Shown one piece after another: positions 50,937 through 60,862 of a stretch of DNA of 64,000 nt. The notes beneath the pieces were generated by a model. The model made no database searches. It saw nothing but the letters and a program-made list of their open reading frames with translations, and had not been told where the DNA came from. The first letter of the stretch is position 1. Each line of letters begins with the position of its first letter. The translations under genes were made by a program, and so were the position numbers. Source of the stretch: an uncultured Gemmatimonadales bacterium (GTDB taxonomy: Bacteria > Gemmatimonadota > Gemmatimonadetes > Longimicrobiales > RSA9); assembly GCA_963798845.1 (NCBI GenBank), contig CAWCUS010000006.1, positions 1,056,001 through 1,120,000 of the forward strand. The letters run 5' to 3'.

Positions 50937-52739
50937 TCTACCTCCTCGTGCCACTCCGGCTGGTCCTTCTTGTCCAGAAGGAACGGCCAGAGCACCAGAA
51001 TGGTCCATGTTGGTGCGCATGAAGCAACGATACGCATCGGCCGGGGTGCAGACGATCGGCTCTCCGCGCACGTTGAACGAGGTGTTCACCACGAGTCCGC
51101 ACCCGGTTCGCCGGTCGAACGCCGAGATCAGAGCGTGGTACTCCGGATTGTCCTCGGCGCTCACGGTCTGGATGCGCGCCGAATAGTCGACGTGGGTCAC
51201 GGCCGGAATCTCGGACCGCTTGACGTTCAGCAGGTCCAGTCCCCACAGCGACTTCTGATCGTCGGCCAGCGCATGCCGCTGCGATGGCTGCACCGGCGCG
51301 ACCAGCAGCATGTACGGCGACTCCACGTCCAGCTCGAAATAGTCCGACGCCCGCTCGCGCAGCACGCTGGGCGCGAAGGGCCGGAAGCTCTCCCGGAACT
51401 TGATCTTCAGGTTCATCTGGGCCTGCATCTTCGGGTCCCGGGGGTCGCCGATGATGCTCCGGGATCCCAGCGCCCGCGGACCGAACTCCATGCGACCTCG
51501 GAACCAGCCCACAACGTTGCCGCCCGCGAGCAGGTCCGCCGCGGTCTCGATCAGGTCGCCCGGCTCGAGCCGAGTGTAAGGGGCGCCAACGGAATCCAGA
51601 TAACCCTGGATCTCTTCCGGCGTGAACTCGGGCCCGAGATACGCCCCCTTCATCCCATCGCGGCAGCTCGGCGTGCGTTCATTCTTCAGGTGCCGGTGCC
51701 AGACGAGCTGCGCCACACCCAGCGCCCCGCCCGCATCCCCCGACGCCGGCTGGATCCACAGCCGCTCGAACGGACCCTCCCGCAGGATCCGGCCGTTCCC
51801 CACGCAGTTCAGCGCCACCCCGCCCGCGAGGCAGAGATCGGTCAGGCCCGTGGCGACGTGGGCGGTCCGCGCCATGCGGAGCATCACTTCCTCGCACACG
51901 TCCTGGACCGACCGCGCCAGGTCCATGTCCCGCTGCGTCAGCCCGGTCTCCGGCTTTCGCGGCGGCGCTCCGAACAGCCGGTCGAAGGCCGCATTCGTCA
52001 TCGTCAGGCCCGTCAAATACCCGAAGTACTCCTGGTTCAGCGTGAACGAGCCGTCCTCCTGCAGATCGATGAGCTCCGTCAGGATCGTCTGCACGTACTT
52101 CGGCTCTCCGTACGGCGCCAGCCCCATCACCTTGTACTCCCCGGAGTTCACCTTGAAGCCGAGATAGTAGGTGAAGGCCGAGTACAGGAGTCCGAGCGAG
52201 TCCGGCCAGTGCAGCTCCCGCAGCAGCTCGATGTCGTTCCCGCGCCCCACCCCGATCAATGCCGTCGCCCACTCCCCCACGCCGTCCATCGTCAGGATCG
52301 CCGCCTCCCTGAACGGCGACGGGAAGAACGCGCTCGCCGCGTGCGACTCGTGGTGCTCGGAGTAAAGCACCTCTCCCTCGAAGCCGAGCTCCGCCCGGAT
52401 CTGGCGGTCCATGAACAGCTTGTCCTTGATCCACAACGGACCTGCCATGAGGAACGAGCGGAGCCCGCGGGGAGCAACCCCCAGGTACGTCTCCAGGATG
52501 CGCTCGAATTTCAGCAGCGGCTTGTCGTAGAACCCCACGTAGTCGAGGTCGTCCACACCGATCCCGCCCTGCGCGAGGCAGTACTCGACCGCCCTGCTCG
52601 GGAACGACGCGTCGCCCTTCTTCCGGGTGAACCGCTCCTCCTGAGCGGCCGCCACCAGATCCCCGCCTCTCATGAGGCAGGCTGCGCTGTCGTGATAGTA
52701 GGCGGATATGCCCAGGATGTTCGGCTCGGAACGGCCCAT
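50909..52739 (-). CDS. Carbamoyltransferase (NodU/CmcH/SxtI family); 1-bp frameshift at ~51000
   Basis: GISAYYHDSAA, EERFTRKK, HHESHAASAF, EYKVMGLAPYG, EFGPRALGSRS, NTSFN. Removing one T gives HLVLWPFLLDKKDQPEW...PLD-stop at 50909. Confidence 0.93.
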
Positions 52740-53211
52740 TTTAGCTGCGCAGGGGGATACACATCCCACATTCGCGGTAAGGCGCCTCGCCTTCCGCACG
52801 GGATTTCAGTTGTTGATCAATGTGGGAATGACCAGCTGGCATCCGGAAGTTGGGTGCACGATTCAGGCCGTGTCAATGCACGCGAGCTCCGGTCGACCGC
52901 GATGAGCGAGGCGCCACCGTCGGTGCGCGGCACTCCGGCTCTCCTGGGGACCGTCCCATGGGCTCACCTGTAGCGTGAGCGCAACAGGTGCGGACCCCTC
53001 CCGACTTCCAGGGGTGCGTCGGGACGCGGGCTCCTGCGGAAGCAGGTCGGAGAAGCAGTGCCCGTGCGGAGGGGTGGAGCCGCGGGGCGGAGCCGTGAGT
53101 TGGGAGCCGTGAGTCGGGAGGCGCGGAGGCCGGAGCGGTGGAAGCCGGCGACGAGCGGGCGGCTCTCCGCCCGGCGCTTCTCCGGCGGAGTCTTGACCGG
53201 ATCCGATCGGC

Positions 53212-53493
53212 TCAGGCCGTGAGGCTGTCGTGGTGCGGCATCAGGCGGCACGACGCGCTCTTCCAGAAGCCCGCGCACGTGCGGCAGAAATCCGCGCCCG
53301 GTGCGAACGGAAGGAGCTGGACGGCGACCAGCCTCGGCGTCAGGAACGTGACGCAGGCCACGCGCTGGCGCCGGCCTTCGGCAGTGACCGCCTGGCCTAC
53401 CCGAACGTCGGGCCAGTTCTCGACGAAAACGCGGTGAGTGACGCGGTTGTAATCCGCCTCAACCGTTCTGCCGTCGGGGAGAGAGAGCAGCAT
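53212..53493 (-). CDS. Hypothetical protein (93 aa)
   Basis: Plausible composition, Cys-rich C-terminus; no family recognised. Confidence 0.4.
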   Translation of the reverse strand: MLLSLPDGRTVEADYNRVTHRVFVENWPDVRVGQAVTAEGRRQRVACVTFLTPRLVAVQLLPFAPGADFCRTCAGFWKSASCRLMPHHDSLTA

Positions 53494-53880
53494 CGGCGCC
53501 TCGGGAGTTCAGTGGTATTCCGCAATATGTTGGGCCTTTTCCGGAGGCGCAATACCATATGTAGGACGTGTCGAGACGGCGAGCCGGACCCGCTCCGGGG
53601 ACGCGCCACGAGACCCTTGCGGAACCGCAGATCGGCGCGCACGCTGGAGTGCGCGATCGTGCGATCTCGCAGGTCTTCCGAAGCCGGTCTTGCCGGCCGA
53701 GAGGCGTTTCCGCACCCCTGCCGACGGGGGAGCACCGCCGCGTATCGGAAGACATCCCAAGGCCGGCGGAGTGCCGTCGTCCCGTTCTCCAGCGGTGGGT
53801 CCGGGGCCCCTGATGCCGATGGAGGCATGGTTACGCTCCGGACGGGTGCGACAGCCATTTCCTGCGGGAGAGACGTGAAA

Positions 53881-55170
53881 ATGACGCCGAACGGCATCAC
53901 GTGCGCGGTCATATCGGGGAATCGGGAGCTCCGACAGCGGCTGGCGAAGGCGCTGCGATCCCTCGGATCGCTGGTGGACGTGGCGGCGGACCTGGAGCGC
54001 CCAGGCTCGGAGCTGGACGGCGAGTCGCTGGCGAGCGTCTGGGCGGTGCCCCATCTGGATCTGATCGTCGCCGACCTGGGCGACGCGAGCCCGGCGGCGT
54101 TCCGGACGCTCCAACGGCTGAGTGCGGACCGGCCTTCGGTGCCGCTGCTGGCCGTGGGCCCGCCGCTCGCCGGGCCGGGGCTGCTGCAGGTGATGCGCGC
54201 GGGCGTGTGGGAGTACATCCCCACGCCCGCAACCGAGACGGAGCTCACCGCGGGGCTCGACCGTCTGGTCCGGCGGCGTCGTGCGGACGAGCCCATGGAC
54301 CCGGCCGAGATCGGCCGGCTGGTGACCGTCTTCTCGGCGCGCGGTGGGGCGGGGGTGACGACGGCCGCGGTGAACCTGGCCGTGCAAATGCGTGAGTCGA
54401 CCGGGCGGCGCACGCTCCTGGTGGATCTGGACGTGGACTTCGGAGCGGTCTCCATTCTGACCGGAGTGAAGCCCCGCTACAGCGTGCTGGACCTGCTTGG
54501 CGGAGTGCAGCGGCTGGATGGGCCGCTGCTGCGGTCGCTGGTCGAGAGCCACGAGTCGGGCATTGATGTCCTGTCCGCGCCAGCGGACCTGCCTCCTGGC
54601 GGGGCGGCGCCGGAGCGCGGCGTGACGGAAGCTGTTCTGGACTTCCTCCGTCAGTCCTACGAGGTCGTGATCGTGGACGCCGGCCGTCCCCTCTCCGGAG
54701 CCGCGCGGGTGGCCGTGGAGCAGGCCGACTGCATGCTGATGCTCGTCACCCCCGACGTCGCGGCGCTCCGGAACACCGCGCGGCTGCTCGGCGCGCTCGG
54801 GCTCACGGGCCGGCCGCGCACAAGGCCGGTGGTGCTGCTCTCGAAAGCGGGAGATTCGGACGACGTGACAGCCCGGGAAGTCTCGCGCGCGCTCAACATG
54901 GAGGTGAGCCAGCGGCTCCGCCGGGACGACGTCGCCGTTCAGCATGCCCTGAACCACGGGCGGCCGGTAGTGATGAGCGGTGGCCGCTCCGTCTATGTCC
55001 GCGACATCCGGTCCCTGGCGCGGATGCTGGGCGATCAGCTGTTCTCCCCCGCGGCCGCGGCAGGCCCTGTCCGCCAACCGCCTCGGGGGCGGCCGGGGGC
55101 CGATGGGCTTCGGAACACGGGCGTCACCCGGCGAAGAGGAATGCCCGGACGGACGGGGGGCGTGGGATGA
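53881..55170 (+). CDS. CpaE/TadZ-like protein (pseudo-receiver plus MinD-type ATPase)
   Basis: VMRAGVWEY, deviant Walker A SARGGAGVTTAAVNLA, LLVDLDVDFG, ALNHGRPV. Confidence 0.8.
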   Translation: MTPNGITCAVISGNRELRQRLAKALRSLGSLVDVAADLERPGSELDGESLASVWAVPHLDLIVADLGDASPAAFRTLQRLSADRPSVPLLAVGPPLAGPGLLQVMRAGVWEYIPTPATETELTAGLDRLVRRRRADEPMDPAEIGRLVTVFSARGGAGVTTAAVNLAVQMRESTGRRTLLVDLDVDFGAVSILTGVKPRYSVLDLLGGVQRLDGPLLRSLVESHESGIDVLSAPADLPPGGAAPERGVTEAVLDFLRQSYEVVIVDAGRPLSGAARVAVEQADCMLMLVTPDVAALRNTARLLGALGLTGRPRTRPVVLLSKAGDSDDVTAREVSRALNMEVSQRLRRDDVAVQHALNHGRPVVMSGGRSVYVRDIRSLARMLGDQLFSPAAAAGPVRQPPRGRPGADGLRNTGVTRRRGMPGRTGGVG

Positions 55171-55305
55171 TGGCCGCCCGGCCCCGAGCGCGATTTCGCC
55201 GCGGCCGCTCCTTTTCGGGAAAAACGTCGCTCGCCCCTTGCGAATTCGGGCACCCTGGTCCCACGATATGCACGTAGGGCAGCCGTTACTCATCCGGAGA
55301 AAGCA

Positions 55306-55734
55306 ATGGCCAGCACGCGCATCCGCGTCATCCTGAAGTACGTGGAGATCCTGGACAGGAAGGACCTGGACGCCGAGGGCGAGTTCGTCTTCCAGTTCAA
55401 GGGATCGGCGGGCGGGACGCAGCAGACGACGCGGATCCCGGCGAAGGGCCACCTTTCCATCTCGGACCACCCGTCGATGAACAAGGTGACGCTGGACACG
55501 GTGGTGTTCGAGGGCGAGGTGGCGGACGACCAGACCTTCGTGCTGGAGGCGAGCGGGGAGGAGCTGGACACGTTCTCCGCGAACGATCAGCTGAACCCGT
55601 ACCGCCGGGAGTTCGCTGGTCCGGTGGCCAGCTACCTTGGGAGCCACACGCCGTGGGACCAGGGCACCGACGACGTCACGGACCCGGAGCAGCTGGGCGA
55701 CTGGCGCTTCGCGTTCGAGATCGAGGCCGCCTGA
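55306..55734 (+). CDS. Hypothetical protein (acidic, possibly C2-like beta-sandwich)
   Basis: GGAG RBS, strong GC3 bias. Confidence 0.7.
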   Translation: MASTRIRVILKYVEILDRKDLDAEGEFVFQFKGSAGGTQQTTRIPAKGHLSISDHPSMNKVTLDTVVFEGEVADDQTFVLEASGEELDTFSANDQLNPYRREFAGPVASYLGSHTPWDQGTDDVTDPEQLGDWRFAFEIEAA

Positions 55735-55842
55735 CTCCGACGCCCGTCCGCGTACCACCGCCCCGCGCGCCAGGCTCTGACGCCGCCGGCGGAGCGGCCT
55801 GGAGGCCCGTGCGTGGGATCGTCCACGCCGGGCCTCATTCGC

Positions 55843-57540
55843 TCAAGGCTTCTCGCCCGTGGGCGGCAGGGTGGTCATGGCAGTGGCGGGATCGCGCTCC
55901 ACGCGCCAGAGCGGGAACGTCGCCAGAGCGGTGGAGCCGTAGACCAGCCCCGAGAGTGCGCCCTCTTCCGAGCCGAGGAGGCGGTCGAAGAAGTTCCACC
56001 GCGGCAGCCCGTACCCCCGGGGCTCGAGCAGCGAGAAGACGAGCCGGCCGAGCGGCTGGGCCGTGCTGACGTAGTAGGCCCCGGCGGGGACGGTGACCCG
56101 TGTCGGCGTCCAGGCGCCCGCGGCGGCGAGCAGGTGGTGTCCCTGGAACTCGTCCGCGCTCCAGCGCAGGCTGTCGACCCGGAAGGCCTGCGCCGCGCCC
56201 TCCCATTCGCGCTCGAGCCGGCGAACCTGGATCCCGTGCAGCCGGATCAGGTCGGCGATGGCTCCCTCGCCCGGCGGCAGGAAGTAGCCGCCCGGCAGCT
56301 TCTCGGTAGCGGTAGCGGTGAACCGGTCGTACACGGGAAGGTCGAGCGTGTCGTACCCCTCGATCGGGGTGAAGCGTGGGCGCCCCGAGGGCGACGTCCC
56401 GCTCTGCCGCATCCTCCGCAGCACCACGGGCTCTGTCCCTCTCCCGGCTGGCTGGTAGGCCACGGCGAGGTCGGGGCGGGGGGCGTCGCCGGCTCCCTCC
56501 ATCGTGGTCCGGCGGTCCGCTTCCGCTTCGAGCGCGCGGATCTGGTCGGCGTGAGCCGCGACGTAGTCCAGCACTTCCGCCACGAAGTCGTGCGTCACCT
56601 TCACCCGCGTCCGGAAATCGGCGTGGGAGTAGGCCTCGCTCAGGATCGCGATGCGGCCGCGGAGGCCCACGTAGTTCGTCCCGTACCACGCCAGCGGGGA
56701 GTATGTGGTCCACGCTGTGGGCGCGGTTGGGTCGCGCACGTTCCCGTATGGGAACACCGGCTCACCGTACCTGCGCTGCATCGCCGCACGGACGGCCGGG
56801 AGCAGCGTGTCCTGGGCGAAGGCAATGGGCCCCGGGGGGCCGTTCGGGTCCAGCCCTGGCGAGTAGGTGAGGAGGTAGCCGTGGAGCGTGCCGTCGGTGG
56901 TATGGAGGTCCATCATGACGGCGGGATCCCACGTGTCGTAGACGCGGGCGAGGGACGCGCGCGTCTCGGGTGCTTCGGCCTTCAGGTAATCGCGGTTGAG
57001 GTCGAGCTTAAGCCCGTCCGGGCGCAGCCCCACCAGGGGCGGTCCGTCCTGCTCGGGGCGGTGCTCCTCCACCGGGCCGAACGCGTCGTTGCCGTCGGCG
57101 TTGTAGACCGGAGCGACGAGCAGGATCAGCTTCTCCAGCAGCTGGCGACGCGGCCCGGCCAGCTCCCGGAGCAGCTGCTGCACCGCTTCCTTCCCCTCCA
57201 CTTCGCCGCCGTGGATGTTGGCCTGGAGGTAGACCACGAGCTTGCCGGAGCGGGCGGCGTCCCGCGGCGACGTGATGAGCGGCTCGGACGCGACGGCGAG
57301 AAGGAGCGGACGCCCCTGGGCGGTCCTCCCAATGGTCCCGACTGTCAGCGGCGCGCCCGTGGCCTGGAGGCTGTCCAGGAACGCCGCCACCTCCGCCGTG
57401 GTGGATGTGCGCTGATAGTCCGTCCGCTCCGGAACGGTCAGGGGCGACTGTTGCCCACACGCCCGCCCCGGCAATGTCGCCAACAGGACGCCCATCGCCA
57501 GCCCCGCCGGTCCGGTCCATCGCCACCCGCGCATCCTCAT
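55843..57540 (-). CDS. Secreted M14-family zinc metallopeptidase
   Basis: ANIHGGEVEG, YNADG, DLNRD, DLHTT. Confidence 0.88.
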   Translation of the reverse strand: MRMRGWRWTGPAGLAMGVLLATLPGRACGQQSPLTVPERTDYQRTSTTAEVAAFLDSLQATGAPLTVGTIGRTAQGRPLLLAVASEPLITSPRDAARSGKLVVYLQANIHGGEVEGKEAVQQLLRELAGPRRQLLEKLILLVAPVYNADGNDAFGPVEEHRPEQDGPPLVGLRPDGLKLDLNRDYLKAEAPETRASLARVYDTWDPAVMMDLHTTDGTLHGYLLTYSPGLDPNGPPGPIAFAQDTLLPAVRAAMQRRYGEPVFPYGNVRDPTAPTAWTTYSPLAWYGTNYVGLRGRIAILSEAYSHADFRTRVKVTHDFVAEVLDYVAAHADQIRALEAEADRRTTMEGAGDAPRPDLAVAYQPAGRGTEPVVLRRMRQSGTSPSGRPRFTPIEGYDTLDLPVYDRFTATATEKLPGGYFLPPGEGAIADLIRLHGIQVRRLEREWEGAAQAFRVDSLRWSADEFQGHHLLAAAGAWTPTRVTVPAGAYYVSTAQPLGRLVFSLLEPRGYGLPRWNFFDRLLGSEEGALSGLVYGSTALATFPLWRVERDPATAMTTLPPTGEKP

Positions 57541-57934
57541 CGCTCCCCTCTCTCTCCTCCGGGTCGATTGCCGGCGGAGCGTACGCGCGCCGCCGTCGGC
57601 GGGCAAGCGTCCGCCGGAGCAACGGGCGGGACGAGCTACGGGGCCGCCCGACCGTCCGTGCGGACGCCGAGTCGGATGTCGGGTCGCGGTGGCTTCAGGT
57701 ATCGGGCGAGGAACCGGTGGATCTCGCGGCGGACCTCCCATGCCTCCTGGGTGTCGAGCCTCGGGGCAAGCGGCCGGGGCAGACGGGTGCTCGCGGGCGC
57801 TGTGCGGGGTGCCCGGGGGTTGACAGTGGCCAGCCGCGAGAGCAGCGTGTCACCGGCTCAGAATGTCCAAGCCCGCGGCCAGGGGGGATTCCGGGAGCCG
57901 AGGGGTCATCTTCCTCGAATCATGGAAGTGTCTG

Positions 57935-59914
57935 ATGGCGGACCAATTGCCGTACGAGCCGTACATCCCGGCAGACCAGAGTCCCAAGGAGTTCTCGCTC
58001 CGCGCAGTCCTGCTCGGGGTGGTCATGGCGGTGGTCCTGGGCGCTGCCAACGCGTACATCGGGATGGTGGCCGGCCTGACCATCGCGGCCACCTTCCCAG
58101 CGGCCGTCGTGGCCATGGCGGCGCTGCGGCCCATGGGCGGGACGATCCTGGAGGAGAACATCGCGCGCACCACCGCCTCGGTGGGCGAGGCGCTGGTGGC
58201 CGGCGCGATCTTCACGATCCCGGCGTTCGTGATCACGGGCGTGTGGACCACCATCAACCTCTGGATCTCGACGTTCATCATGATGGTGGGCGGGATCCTG
58301 GGCGTCCTCTTCGTGATCATCCTCCGTCGGACGCTGGTGGAGGAGTCGGGACTGCCCTTCCCGGAGTCCATCGCGGCTTCCGAGATCCACAAGGCGGGGC
58401 AGGCGGGCGCGAGCGGAGGGAAGTACCTGCTGGCCGCCGGCCTGATGTCGGCGTTCATCGAGCTGCTGAAGAACGGCTCGGGGATCCGCGTGCTGGCTTC
58501 GGAGATGACCGGCTGGTGGGGCTGGGGCAAGGCCATGGGCGAGCGCATCGGCGGCCCGGTCGGCTCGACCTACACGGGCGGCATGTTCGCGTCGACCCCC
58601 TCCGCTTCGCCTGCGCTCCTGGGCGTGGGCTACATCATCGGGCCGTCGCTCGCCGCCGTCGTCTTCGCGGGTGGCGTGCTGGGGTGGTGGTGCCTGGTGC
58701 CCGTGATGACGTTCGTGAACCGTGACCTCATGGCCGCTGCGGCGGCCAACGGCTACGGCGCCACGGCCATGGGCGTGGTCTGGCAGCAGCAGGTCCGGCC
58801 CCTCGCCGTGGGGACCATGGTGGTGGGCGCGGCGTGGACGCTGTGGAGGATGCGGAAGAGCCTCGGGCAGGGCTTCGGCCGCGTGTTCGCCGACCTCCGC
58901 AAAGTGACGCCGACAACGCAAGCGCCGAACCGTCACGAGACCGATATCCGCTACAAGTGGATCGTATTCGGGATCTTCGGCCTGCTGATCCCGATCGCCG
59001 TGCTCTACTACTACTTCACGAAGAGCTTCGGCGGATCGATCCTGGCCGCGCTGGTCATGGTGGTGGCCGGGATCCTCTTCGCGGCCGTGGCCGGGTACCT
59101 GGTGGGGCTGATCGGGAGCAGCAACAATCCCATCAGCGGACTGACGCTGTCCACGCTTATCCTGGCCGCGCTGCTCATGGTGGCGATTGGCCTGAAGGGC
59201 GACCAGGGGGTCCTGGCCGTGCTGGGCGTCGCCGCGGTGGTGTGCACCGCCATGGGCATCGCCGGGGACATGATGCAGGACCTGAAGGTCGGCCACATCC
59301 TGGGCGGCACACCGAAGAGCATGGAGATGGGCGAGATGATCGCCGTGATCGCCGCAGCGCCCGCCCTCGCCTTCGTGCTCGCGCTGTTGAGCCAGGCATA
59401 CGGCTTCGCGGGCGCCCCGGGCGCGAACCCGGCAACGGCGCTGCCGGCTCCGCAAGCGGGTCTCATGGCGCTGGTCAGCACCGGCATCATCAACGGCCAG
59501 ATGCCATGGCCACTCTTCATCGCCGGGATGCTGTTCGCGGTCATGCTGATCCTCGTGCGTGCGCCTTCCGTCATGCTGGTGGCCGTGGGCATGTACCTGC
59601 CGATCTGGAGCACGTTCGCGATCTTCGTAGGCGGCGTGTTCCGCTGGATCGTGGACCGGCTCATTGAGCGGCGCCACGCCGCCGCGGGGCCGCGGGCGAG
59701 GGCGGAGAACACGGGCGTTCTGGTCGCTTCCGGGCTCGTCGCCGGGGAAGCACTCATGGGAGTGATCATCGCCGGCATCATCGTGGCCAATATGCATCTC
59801 CCCGTCCTCGTCAGCAGCCCGCTGGCCCGGGGGCTCCTCGGCCTGCTGGTGTTCCCGCTGGTGCTCTGGTTCTTCTACAGCACGGCGAAGCGGGAGGCGG
59901 ACAAGGTGGCGTGA
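57935..59914 (+). CDS. OPT-family oligopeptide transporter
   Basis: ANAYIG, LPFPE, GSSNNPISG, MQDLKVG, LPAPQA, SGLVAGE. Confidence 0.93.
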   Translation: MADQLPYEPYIPADQSPKEFSLRAVLLGVVMAVVLGAANAYIGMVAGLTIAATFPAAVVAMAALRPMGGTILEENIARTTASVGEALVAGAIFTIPAFVITGVWTTINLWISTFIMMVGGILGVLFVIILRRTLVEESGLPFPESIAASEIHKAGQAGASGGKYLLAAGLMSAFIELLKNGSGIRVLASEMTGWWGWGKAMGERIGGPVGSTYTGGMFASTPSASPALLGVGYIIGPSLAAVVFAGGVLGWWCLVPVMTFVNRDLMAAAAANGYGATAMGVVWQQQVRPLAVGTMVVGAAWTLWRMRKSLGQGFGRVFADLRKVTPTTQAPNRHETDIRYKWIVFGIFGLLIPIAVLYYYFTKSFGGSILAALVMVVAGILFAAVAGYLVGLIGSSNNPISGLTLSTLILAALLMVAIGLKGDQGVLAVLGVAAVVCTAMGIAGDMMQDLKVGHILGGTPKSMEMGEMIAVIAAAPALAFVLALLSQAYGFAGAPGANPATALPAPQAGLMALVSTGIINGQMPWPLFIAGMLFAVMLILVRAPSVMLVAVGMYLPIWSTFAIFVGGVFRWIVDRLIERRHAAAGPRARAENTGVLVASGLVAGEALMGVIIAGIIVANMHLPVLVSSPLARGLLGLLVFPLVLWFFYSTAKREADKVA

Positions 59915-59976
59915 AGACGGTCTGCGTGGTGCCGGGGCGAGCCGTCCCGTCCGCGCACGACCGAAACCAGGGCAGC

Positions 59977-60014
59977 GAGAGAGGCCCGGCCGGGGCATCG
60001 GCCGGGCCTCTCTC
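59977..60014. terminator. Perfect 16-bp-stem hairpin between convergent genes
   Basis: GAGAGAGGCCCGGCCG-gggcat-CGGCCGGGCCTCTCTC. Confidence 0.65.
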
Positions 60015-60085
60015 ACGTCCGGCCGCCGCGTCCGTGCCCGGCACCCGCCGTGGGGGCCGGAGGTCGGCTCACCGACGGCCGTTCG

Positions 60086-60853
60086 CTACCAGGTGGCGGC
60101 GAGGCTGAGACCGATGGAGATGGAGAGGTCGTCCGGCTCCACGTCGGGCGCGGGGGTGCTGTCGCGCTGGTAGAGCACGTTCCCGGTGACCGCGAGCTTC
60201 GACGTGAGGGCGAGCCGCCCGGCGGTCTGGGCTTCGATCAGGTAGTCGTTCGCGCGATCCCACGCGGGCTGGTAGAAGAACACCTGCTCGAGGCGCGTGC
60301 CCTCCCGGAACTGGTGGCGGGCCCGGGCCCGCCAGCTCCAGCGGGCCGTCCGGTCGAGACCGTCCTCGCCCGGCTCGGTCACCTCGAGCTGCTCGTAGCT
60401 GTAGAGCACCGCGCCGCTCAGCGAAACTTCGTCCCAGTCGCTCTGGTAGAAGGTGCGCTTGATGCCTGCACCCCCGTCGGCGCGGACATCGAGCTTGCGG
60501 AACGGGTCCTGCTCGACGGTGGTGAAGATGAACGGGGACCAGCCGGCCGACGGGAACAGGTCCAGGTTCAGGGACCCGCGAATGTTGCGAGCCACGATTT
60601 CGCCGTCGCTGCGGCCGTAGCGGTAGCGGCCTTTGAAGGAGATCTCGTACTTCTCGGTCTGGAGGTGGGTGATGCCCAGCTCCGTGGTGAGCACCGTGAG
60701 CTGCTCGTTCCCGGCGGCGCTGTTGAGGGAGAGGCTGATCTCCGCGGCCCACGGGTCGGGCGCCGCCGGGGAGTCGGCGGACTCCTGGGCGCGGGTCATG
60801 CCGGGCGAGAGGGCGAGGACCAGGAACGCGAGTGAGGCTGTGGTCGTTTTCAT
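60086..60853 (-). CDS. DUF481-family outer-membrane beta-barrel protein
   Basis: Signal peptide; AAGN, EQDPFRKLD, GAG, C-terminal W. Confidence 0.75.
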   Translation of the reverse strand: MKTTTASLAFLVLALSPGMTRAQESADSPAAPDPWAAEISLSLNSAAGNEQLTVLTTELGITHLQTEKYEISFKGRYRYGRSDGEIVARNIRGSLNLDLFPSAGWSPFIFTTVEQDPFRKLDVRADGGAGIKRTFYQSDWDEVSLSGAVLYSYEQLEVTEPGEDGLDRTARWSWRARARHQFREGTRLEQVFFYQPAWDRANDYLIEAQTAGRLALTSKLAVTGNVLYQRDSTPAPDVEPDDLSISIGLSLAATW

Positions 60854-60862
60854 GGCGGGTAG

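Noticed and set aside
50324..52739. Saxitoxin biosynthesis
   Set aside because: Only sxtI/J/K-like genes are present; no sxtA, sxtG or other core genes, and the context is glycan synthesis
50538..52799. 753-aa carbamoyltransferase-SxtJ fusion
   Set aside because: Removing one base restores a normal C-terminus and stop; SxtJ has its own RBS and TTG start
53075..53150. Short GGAGCCGTGAGT repeats
   Set aside because: Two exact copies in low-complexity sequence; no evidence of function
29846..53500. Intact integrative element at tRNA-Arg(CCG)
   Set aside because: No integrase or transposase, and no distal copy of the tRNA 3' end was seen
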